From an uncultured Planctomycetales bacterium (GTDB lineage Bacteria; Planctomycetota; Phycisphaerae; UBA1845; Fen-1342), in assembly GCA_964643885.1 (NCBI GenBank), contig CAZXUI010000010.1:6541-65840 (forward strand): 59,300 bases of DNA, read 5' to 3'. Shown piece by piece: positions 48,771 through 55,914 of the stretch (position 1 is the stretch's first letter; every line of letters begins with the position of its first letter). Position numbers and translations under genes: made by a program. The notes beneath the pieces are model-generated. The model saw only the letters and a program-made list of their open reading frames with translations, was not told the DNA's origin and ran no database searches.

Positions 48771-49729
48771 TGGCCACCTCCACGGGACCCGGTGAACGAG
48801 CCGCCGTCCGGAATGATCATCCCCTCGGGAACGTTGGCGAAGGGCCCGATGACGCAGCCGCAACCGACGCGCGCGGCGCCGGCGACGCGCACGAAGGGGT
48901 GCACGACGGTGTCCTGGCCGATGCGGGCGCGGGCGTCGATCCAGGTCGTGGCGGGGTCGATCAGCGTGACGCCGGCGTCCATGAGGGCGGTGTTGATGCG
49001 GTCGCGCATGACGGCGCTGACGAGGGCCAGGTCGCGGCGCGAGTTGATGCTGAAGACGTCCTCGGGCGGGACGGCGGTCAGCGCCAGCACCTTGCGGCCG
49101 TCGCGGATCAGAACCTCGAGCGTGTCGGTCAGGTAATACTCGCCCTTGGCGTTGTCGGGGCGGATGCGATCCAGCGCGGCGAAGAGGTCGGCCACGCGGA
49201 AGCAGTAGTAGCTGGGGTTGACCTCGGCGATCTGCCGCTGGTCGGGCGAGCAGTCGCGCTCCTCGACGATCCGGGCGAGATTGCCGGTCGCATCACGCAG
49301 GATGCGGCCGTAGCCGGTCGGGTCCGGCAGGATGGCGGTTGCCAGCGTGGCGGCCGCGTGCTCCTCGAGATGCCGGCCGAGGACCTGCCTGAGGGTTTCG
49401 GCGCGGATGAGCGGCCCGTCGCCGCAGAGGACGAGAGCGTGCTCGAAGCGGCCGGCGACCTGCTCGCGGGCCATCATGACGGCGTGGCCGGTGCCCTTCT
49501 GGTCGCTCTGCTCGACCCAGCAGATGCCGTCATCGCCGCGAAAGGCGTCCTGCACCTGCTGCTTCTCGTATCCGACGACGACGAAGCACTGGTCGACGCT
49601 GGCGGCGCGGCAGGCATCGAGCACGTAGGCCAGCATCGGCCGGCCGCAGACTTCGTGCAGGACCTTGGGCCGCTGCGTCTTGAGACGGGTGCCCTGCCCG
49701 GCCGCCAGGATGATCGCACAAGGCTTCAA
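48767..49729 (-). CDS. glmU: GlmU-like UDP-GlcNAc pyrophosphorylase, short form. Uridyltransferase domain plus only a truncated left-handed beta-helix.
   Basis: MKPCAIILAAGQGTRLK is a nucleotidyltransferase motif. Hexapeptide repeats begin near residue 250 but the ORF ends at 320 aa, overlapping the prs start. Conserved glmU-prs-ctc-pth order. Confidence 0.7.
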   Translation of the reverse strand: MKPCAIILAAGQGTRLKTQRPKVLHEVCGRPMLAYVLDACRAASVDQCFVVVGYEKQQVQDAFRGDDGICWVEQSDQKGTGHAVMMAREQVAGRFEHALVLCGDGPLIRAETLRQVLGRHLEEHAAATLATAILPDPTGYGRILRDATGNLARIVEERDCSPDQRQIAEVNPSYYCFRVADLFAALDRIRPDNAKGEYYLTDTLEVLIRDGRKVLALTAVPPEDVFSINSRRDLALVSAVMRDRINTALMDAGVTLIDPATTWIDARARIGQDTVVHPFVRVAGAARVGCGCVIGPFANVPEGMIIPDGGSFTGSRGGGQ

Positions 49730-49856
49730 GCGCTACGTTCCTCGGTTCGCCCGGAAGCAGTGTTTCGGCGGCGGCCGCGCCGGCCGGCGGGCCGGGTCGA
49801 CCGGGCCCGGGCGAGCCGGGGCCGGCCGCGCACGTTCGGGTCTGGTCGCTGAGAAG

Positions 49857-49927
49857 CTACCCGGCCAGGACTCGAACCTGGACAGTCAGGACCAAAACCT
49901 GAAGTGCTACCATTACACCACCGGGTA
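49857..49927 (-). tRNA. tRNA-Gln (anticodon UUG). CCA is not encoded.
   Basis: Cloverleaf folded by hand on the reverse complement: acceptor TACCCGG/CCGGGTA, anticodon stem TCAGG/CCTGA with loop TTTTGGT, T-arm CCAGG TTCGAGT CCTGG. Coordinates may be off by a base. Confidence 0.75.
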
Positions 49928-50559
49928 ATCGGGTTGCGCAGTGGCGCGCATTATCGCCCGCTTCGCCACGGATTTCGTGCAAAGAGGTCGCGGTCGCGGA
50001 CCCGCTCGGAGGCCTGAGCACCCTGCCGCGAAGCCAGGATGCCCATTGTGGACCCGCGTCCACGCGCCCCGTGCGAGCGGGCAACTGCCGGCCGTGGCGA
50101 AGGCCGGACCCAGGAGATTACGCGGGCGGTGGGGCCGTGTCAACCGTTCGCGGGGCGGGCTTTCTCGTGCGGGGCGGGCGTTCGCGCGCGGAGCAAGCTC
50201 TCTCGGGAAGTGTGGCACCGACGGGTGGCATGCTCTCGCCGCAGGCGTGAGCATGCTGAGAAACCCGCCCCGCGGTGGGCGGGAGGCTGGGCGAGTTCCG
50301 GGGGCCCTTCGTGGCGGGGTGCGATCATCACCCGCGTCGACGAGTCCTGCCGCACGCTTTCAGCGTGCGATGCGTTATGGCGCACGTGACCCAGGGCGGC
50401 GCTCGCTGCGCTCGGTGCGGGCCTCCCGAGCATCGTCGCTGCCGGGGGGCACGGCAAAGCGCGATCATAAGCTCGACAAAGAACATTCGGCCCGTCGCCC
50501 CTTTGAACCGCCGGCCGACTGTCGGCGTGTGGCGAGCCGCACCCTCCGCGCCCAAGCCT

Positions 50560-51051
50560 TCATCTTTGCCCATCAGGTTTCGGCGACACAGGCCAGCAGA
50601 ATAAACCCGCACAAGCGCAGCCCATCATTGCTAGGGAGACGCCCAAAAGAGTCACATGCACCGGCCAACCATCGAACGTGAGTCGCGATCCCAGGCACCC
50701 GCAGGGCACGACTGTGCCGCTGATCAATGCCAAGCCATGCAGCGTCGCAAAACTCCCCGCAAGAAAGAATGTCAGCAAGAATGCGGCTGGTACGACCACT
50801 CGACCGGCTAGGCAAATGGCCATCAGCAATTCCATGCCTGGGATCCCGTACTGAAGCGGCGCAATCAGCGACTCCGGCAGCAGCCCCAGGGACTCCAGCA
50901 GCTTGCCGAACTCAGCCGGCGCTAGCAGTTTTCCCCCCGCCGACAATGCAAGTACGGCAGCGATGAGCCAACGACAGATCGCACCCAGCCATCTCCCGTG
51001 GCGGCGCGTCGCCTGTGTTACCTGACTGCCAACCACCGCTTCCATAGCCAC
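50560..51051 (-). CDS. DoxX/MauE-family integral membrane protein.
   Basis: 163 aa with four TM helices. Size and pattern resemble MauE/DoxX thiol-redox-associated membrane proteins. Overlaps the upstream gene by 34 nt. Lies in the lower-GC segment. Confidence 0.55.
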   Translation of the reverse strand: MAMEAVVGSQVTQATRRHGRWLGAICRWLIAAVLALSAGGKLLAPAEFGKLLESLGLLPESLIAPLQYGIPGMELLMAICLAGRVVVPAAFLLTFFLAGSFATLHGLALISGTVVPCGCLGSRLTFDGWPVHVTLLGVSLAMMGCACAGLFCWPVSPKPDGQR

Positions 51052-52145
51052 AACCCCAAAACGGTGAGCGTTGCCACCGCTGAACCGCCGAGCATCCAGC
51101 CCAGCCAGTCTTTACGTCGTGCAATCTTTTCCAGACTCGCTTGTTGGTCGTGACGCGCTTGCGCGAGCATTCGCCGCTCCGCCTCAAGCTGTTCACGAGT
51201 GATCCGCCGGTCGCGCAAGACGCGTCCCGCCCCGTCGACACGCCGGTCGATTCCGCGATTGACGTCTGTAATGTCAACTTTCGTCTTTGGAACTGCGATG
51301 ACCAGTTCTTCGCGCCGCATCTCCGGTCTGGATTCGTACTTGTCGGCGCGGAAGTGGCAGACCATCCAGTTGTTGGACTTGAGGGCCGTGTTCTTTACGG
51401 CCAGGACCGCTTCCGAGATTCCCCACGTGTCGCCCACAGGTCGCGTCTCGACTGCTCGCATCTCCCACAATATCTTGCCCCCGCCGCCCGGAACGTCCAC
51501 TTCAGCCTGCAATCTGCGCGGCAGCAACCCGTGCACCCGATCGAGTTCCGCGGTCACCCGCCAATCCGCGCTCGGCGCTTCTGCAAACTGTGGCACACCG
51601 TCGCCAGTGAGCACAACAGTCTCCGCGGACTGCGATGTTACTCGCATATGGCCGCCACGCACTAGTTCGAAGAGATCCTGCTGAATGTCGAACACCTGAT
51701 ACAGTTCGACCGGCGTTACGAACGGGATCGGCCCGCCCACGGCGAATCGTGCTTTGTCAATCGTGACATCCCAGTAGCCATCCTCTCGGACCGCAACGGT
51801 TGTGGACTCGCCTTCAAACCAGCTTCTGTGTTGTTCACGCTCAGGGAAGCCTGCCCCGGTTGCTCGAAACCTCATGTGCGGGCGCAAGATCCACATCTCG
51901 TAGTGGGTTCGCTGCACCTGGTCCGCGCGAATCGCGCGCCAATTCTCCCGCTCGAAGGGGTCCTTAAGCAAATCGCAGTGATAGAGCGTCCAGTCAAACT
52001 CGACATAGACACTCCTGAGCGCTGCCTCCCGCGCCAGGAACTGCTCAATCACTTCTTCGCCGCGGACAGCCGCTGTCGTGGTAAACACGACGACGAGCAG
52101 TGTTCGAAGCGGCACAAACGGCTTCCGCAGCACGAGGTCCAGCAT
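51018..52145 (-). CDS. Hypothetical secreted protein with a C-terminal membrane anchor.
   Basis: Signal-peptide-like start MLDLVLRKPFVPLRTLLVVVFTTTAAVRG. C-terminal TM WLGWMLGGSAVATLTVLGLWLW. Lower GC. The tool ORF begins at an upstream GTG (52220). Confidence 0.5.
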   Translation of the reverse strand: MLDLVLRKPFVPLRTLLVVVFTTTAAVRGEEVIEQFLAREAALRSVYVEFDWTLYHCDLLKDPFERENWRAIRADQVQRTHYEMWILRPHMRFRATGAGFPEREQHRSWFEGESTTVAVREDGYWDVTIDKARFAVGGPIPFVTPVELYQVFDIQQDLFELVRGGHMRVTSQSAETVVLTGDGVPQFAEAPSADWRVTAELDRVHGLLPRRLQAEVDVPGGGGKILWEMRAVETRPVGDTWGISEAVLAVKNTALKSNNWMVCHFRADKYESRPEMRREELVIAVPKTKVDITDVNRGIDRRVDGAGRVLRDRRITREQLEAERRMLAQARHDQQASLEKIARRKDWLGWMLGGSAVATLTVLGLWLWKRWLAVR

Positions 52146-52277
52146 GTTGCTACAACCTACTGCATCGGGCAGTGTCGGATCCGCGGGTTTCATGTCGAAG
52201 CACCATCGCATCGAAACCACTCACGCTCCGCGGAAACCGTTTCTTGATGCGTCGGAATTCACGGATAGGAGTCGTCA

Positions 52278-52634
52278 TTATGGCGGTGGTGGCGGCGGCA
52301 ACGTGCACTTCGCTTGGTAGCAGTTCGTCTGTCCGTCGTTGAAGCCAGTACAGTAGTTGTTGATGCAAGTTCCCGAGTACTGGTTTCCACAATTGACATC
52401 TCCCGTAGAGTCACACGTTTCGTGCAGCATGACCACACAGAAGGGCATCTTGAGATTGCTATTGCACCACGTGCAAGCACCATCTCCCAGACATAACTGG
52501 CTTACTTCCGAACACTGCTTTCCGCCTACACACAGCGCGTTCCCGATCACTGCGCCATAGGCCCAGTTCGCGAGCGCACTAGCGCCGGCGATCACGGCGA
52601 CAACCAGCAACGCTTGGAGTCGCAACATCTCCAA
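52278..52634 (-). CDS. Small cysteine-rich secreted protein (118 aa; 12 Cys in an approximately 90-aa mature region; C-terminal PPPPPP).
   Basis: Signal peptide MEMLRLQALLVVAVIAGASALA. Cys spacing reads NALC…KQC…QLC…GAC.TWC…PFC…ETC…VNC…GTC…NYC…TNC…AKC. Lower-GC codon usage. Confidence 0.6.
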   Translation of the reverse strand: MEMLRLQALLVVAVIAGASALANWAYGAVIGNALCVGGKQCSEVSQLCLGDGACTWCNSNLKMPFCVVMLHETCDSTGDVNCGNQYSGTCINNYCTGFNDGQTNCYQAKCTLPPPPPP

Positions 52635-52756
52635 ACTCCTTTCATGACGAAACTACACGCACCCAGCAAAGCCTGACCGGGTCTTACGGACCCGTCGAGC
52701 CCACGAGAACACACCAGACCGGGGCGAACAATGGAGGGGCCCCGCGAGCACGTGCG

Positions 52757-53452
52757 TTACTCCCACCATCTCCGCCCCGAGTAATAGAGCAATCCTGCCT
52801 CCTGCGGATACCCGATCCCCGCATGGGCGTCGGCGAAAAGGACACCATATTGTCCGTGGTGGGGTCCGAGAATGTCCAGAGACATCGGGTGCACGATCTC
52901 GATGTCGTCCCTCGCCCAGCCCGCCACATTTTCGTCAGAGAGATCGCCTATCCGCGGTTCGACGGCATGCGCGTACGGCCACGGTGGCTCAATCATGTCG
53001 GCCTGAACATCATGTGCTAGCACCAGCTTCGATGGTTCCTTCCAAAATCGCGGCCCCACGAGATACACAGGCCCGCCTGATTTCGCGTACGACGTATCAA
53101 GTCCGAGCGCCCTAGCATTTCCGACGAATGGCGTCCGCTGCGCCGGACAGCTCCAGATGGTGCCGGCCCCACCCGGCACGCCCGCCCACGTACCGGTCCG
53201 AATGTCCCAGCCGATCTGAGGTTCGCGATCCCAGTAGTAGTCGAAATCGCGCACGCACGGGGCAACCGTGTCCTTGTGCTCGCCCAGAAAGGAGTAAATC
53301 AGGACGCCGACCTGGTGCAGGTTGCCCGCACACTTGGCTCCGACGCTGCGCTGGTGAGCCGATAGAAGCGAGGGCACGATCGAGGCGATCAGCAGCCCGA
53401 TCACGGCCACAACGACCAGCATCTCGATCAGCGTAGATGCGCGCCGCCGCAT
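52757..53452 (-). CDS. Prepilin-type N-terminal cleavage/methylation domain protein, DUF1559 (H-X9-DG) family pseudopilin-like.
   Basis: MRRRASTLIEMLVVVAVIGLLIASIV is a class-III signal peptide/prepilin motif. C-terminal FADAHAGIGY is an H-X9-DG-like region. This family is hugely expanded in Planctomycetes. Confidence 0.8.
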   Translation of the reverse strand: MRRRASTLIEMLVVVAVIGLLIASIVPSLLSAHQRSVGAKCAGNLHQVGVLIYSFLGEHKDTVAPCVRDFDYYWDREPQIGWDIRTGTWAGVPGGAGTIWSCPAQRTPFVGNARALGLDTSYAKSGGPVYLVGPRFWKEPSKLVLAHDVQADMIEPPWPYAHAVEPRIGDLSDENVAGWARDDIEIVHPMSLDILGPHHGQYGVLFADAHAGIGYPQEAGLLYYSGRRWWE

Positions 53453-53744
53453 AATGCGACCCCACTGGCGCTCCCGAACATGAAGCGGTGCTGAAGTGTA
53501 CCCCACCCCCCGGAGGATTCGTCAAGTGACTTTTTAGGACCATGCCGGAATTTCTGCCGCCGGGGCGCAGACTCGCCGAAAACGGGCCGTCGAACGCCGG
53601 TTTTACGCTGGAATCGAGGAAACCAGGATTTGAGGACTCCGGGTTCCGCTATTGAGGGACCGACGTTACAGGATGCGCCAGTGCGCGCCTGCCCCAGCGC
53701 GTGCATTCCGCGCCCGGCGGCGCTATAAACTCCGCCAGGACGCC

Positions 53745-55289
53745 ATGCAACAAACTCCCGCTCAGCCCGCGATCGATCTCGAGAAGCCCGTCCCGATTGG
53801 GGCCCCGGGCCCGCCAACCCTCGGCGCCAGCCTGGCCCTCCCGCTACTGGGCATCCTGCGGCCGCGGCTGGCGGCGGAGCGGCTGGCCCAGGCCGGCGAC
53901 ACGGCCTTTTGGCTTACGGCCGCGGCGTGGGTGCTGATCGCCGCGTTGGCCGGGCCGGCCGCTCTGCACCTGCACGACGCGCTGGTGGCGGGCGTGCCCG
54001 GCCGCGACTCGCTGGCGCTCCAGCAGCAGTTCGTCAGTCAGTGGAGCTACACGCAGCCGGCGCCGGTCGCGGCCGATTCATCGCCGCAGACGGTGCTGCT
54101 GCGCGACGTACTGCTGTTCTTCATCCTGCTGGTTGCTGTGCCGCTGCTGATCGTGCTGCTGGCGTGGCTGTGGTGGCCCTTCGTGCACCGCACCGGCAAC
54201 GCTTTCGCCTCGCTCGGCCGTGCGGCCCGCGGGGTGATCGCCACACTGGGTATGGTGCTGATGCTGCTGTTGCTGCTGGCGGCCGGGTACGGCGTGTATC
54301 ACGGCGAGCGGCTGCCGGCGAGTCTCTATCGGCAGGTGATTGCGGAGATTCCGAACGAGCCGTTCATCTATATGATGCTGCCGGCCCTGCTGGTGTGGCT
54401 GATGATCGGCTGGCTGAACCGGGCGGTGGGCGGGGTGGCCGAGCGGATGCCGGCGCTCGAGCTTCCCCCGCGGTGCGAGGCGTGCGGCTTCGACGCGACG
54501 CACAGGCCGGAGAACGACCGCTGCCCGGAGTGCGGCCGGGGGCTGGCGGAGTCGCTAACGCCCGGGCGGCTGCGGCCGGGGGCGAGTTGGCAGCGTCGCG
54601 AAACGCCCCTGTCGTTTCTGGACACCGCGTGGGCTGTATTGACTCGGCCGTCGAGATTTTATAGGCGGCTTTGTCTGCGGGGGCTGCCGGGGGGTGCGTC
54701 GGCCGGGCGGGGCGGGCAGAATGAGGGCAACGCGGGGCGGGCGGCGTATGCGGTGGCGCTGCGGTTCAGCCGCTGGCAGATGGCGGGGATCGCGATCGGC
54801 GCGGCGGTGTGGATGGTGTTGATGGCGGTCGGGGAGAGATTGCATTCCTGGCCGTCGCGGTATTCAGGCACGGACCTGTGGGACCTTCTGACGTCGGCGG
54901 AAGTCGTCGGGATCACGAGCATCATGTGCCCGGTGCTCTCGCTGGTGGCGTGGGCGATCTACCGTGTCGTGGCGGCCGTTAGCTTCATGGTGTGCATGTG
55001 GCTGGGACCGCTGCCGGACGGGCGCTGGGCGGGGAGTGTGGTGGCGTATGAGTCGGCGTGGCTGTGGGCGGTGTGCCTGTATGTCGGGCTGTGGGGGCTG
55101 GCGATGATGTACATCGAAAGCGTCGTCAGCGCGGTGTTCGAGCGGCTGTTCGACGAGGGTCGATTCATGGCGACGTTCGGCGTGCCGCCGGTGGCGGTGG
55201 TGGTGTTCGGCGGGCTGGGTGTGGTGGTGTTGCTGTGGTTCGAGCGCTATCGGCGGGCGCTTCGGGCGGTTCGGTGGGCGGGTTTCTAG
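53745..55289 (+). CDS. Hypothetical polytopic membrane protein with an embedded CxxC…CxxC zinc ribbon.
   Basis: About 514 aa from MQQTPAQPAIDLEKP. Many TM helices. The CEACGFDATHRPENDRCPECG ribbon lies between TM segments. Confidence 0.55.
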   Translation: MQQTPAQPAIDLEKPVPIGAPGPPTLGASLALPLLGILRPRLAAERLAQAGDTAFWLTAAAWVLIAALAGPAALHLHDALVAGVPGRDSLALQQQFVSQWSYTQPAPVAADSSPQTVLLRDVLLFFILLVAVPLLIVLLAWLWWPFVHRTGNAFASLGRAARGVIATLGMVLMLLLLLAAGYGVYHGERLPASLYRQVIAEIPNEPFIYMMLPALLVWLMIGWLNRAVGGVAERMPALELPPRCEACGFDATHRPENDRCPECGRGLAESLTPGRLRPGASWQRRETPLSFLDTAWAVLTRPSRFYRRLCLRGLPGGASAGRGGQNEGNAGRAAYAVALRFSRWQMAGIAIGAAVWMVLMAVGERLHSWPSRYSGTDLWDLLTSAEVVGITSIMCPVLSLVAWAIYRVVAAVSFMVCMWLGPLPDGRWAGSVVAYESAWLWAVCLYVGLWGLAMMYIESVVSAVFERLFDEGRFMATFGVPPVAVVVFGGLGVVVLLWFERYRRALRAVRWAGF

Positions 55290-55299
55290 GCGAGGCGCT

Positions 55300-55500
55300 G
55301 GCGGCGGGTGTATGTCATCTGGCGCTGGCGCGGGGAAGTCTGCCGCGCTGGCCCGCTGCTCACGGTCGCGGCTCGGATTGCTGGCGCGCGGCTCGGAACA
55401 TGCGGGCGGGACGCCGGCGTGCCCCGAGCAGATTAGTGCGTCAAGGGACGCACTCGACGCCTCAATCCCTCAATCCCTCAATCCCTCAATCCCTCCCCTC
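55300..55500. repeat. Convergent-terminator repeat (gtcgcggctcgga…catgcgggcggg…gtgcgtcaagggacgcac hairpin) followed by the microsatellite cctcaatccct x4 and tatccg x2.
   Basis: Direct reading. Same family as 42840-42990 and 58290-58470. tgcgtc-aagg-gacgca forms a 6-bp hairpin. Confidence 0.65.
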
Positions 55501-55912
55501 ACCGTATCCGTATCCGCCCGTCTTCGTCCGCGTAGGTCTCGAAGCGCATCTGCCGCTTGCCGTCCTCGTCGACGACCAGGCCGGAGATTTCGAAGCGCAG
55601 CTCCATGCCGTTCTCCTTGAGCGGCGCGTGGCGGACGCGGACGTTCTTGAGCCGCGGCTCGTTGCGCTCGATGGTCCGGCGGATGGCCGACTCGTAGAAG
55701 GAGATCGTGTGCGGCATGGCGTTGCGGATGCCGGACAGGTGCGGCAGGCCGTAGGAGTCGTCCGTCAGGCAGTTGCCCTGGCAGGTGTTGAGCACGTTCT
55801 GGAGGTTGCCCAGGATCGAGTTGAAGACCTCGCTGGTGGCCACGTGCAGGCTGCGCTGCCCGGGCGGGTCGGGCTCGCGGATGCGCTCCAGGAGGGTGCG
55901 CTGAATCGGCAT
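55499..55912 (-). CDS. tssE: GPW/gp25-family baseplate protein, TssE-like.
   Basis: 137 aa. Pattern TLLERI…SILGNLQNVLNT…YGLPHLSG…AIRRTIERNEPRL.NVRVR…LRFEISG matches the TssE/gp25 fold motif order (compare the YGLPDLSG and FEPRI motifs of characterised TssE). The start is 2 nt after the stop of the upstream 732-aa gene. Confidence 0.75.
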   Translation of the reverse strand: MPIQRTLLERIREPDPPGQRSLHVATSEVFNSILGNLQNVLNTCQGNCLTDDSYGLPHLSGIRNAMPHTISFYESAIRRTIERNEPRLKNVRVRHAPLKENGMELRFEISGLVVDEDGKRQMRFETYADEDGRIRIR

Positions 55913-55914
55913 GG

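Noticed and set aside
50560-53550. The lower-GC islet as a prophage or integrative element.
   Set aside because: There is no integrase, recombinase, phage structural or transfer genes. No direct repeat of the tRNA 3' end was found at the far boundary. It is kept only as a compositionally atypical, probably horizontally acquired segment.
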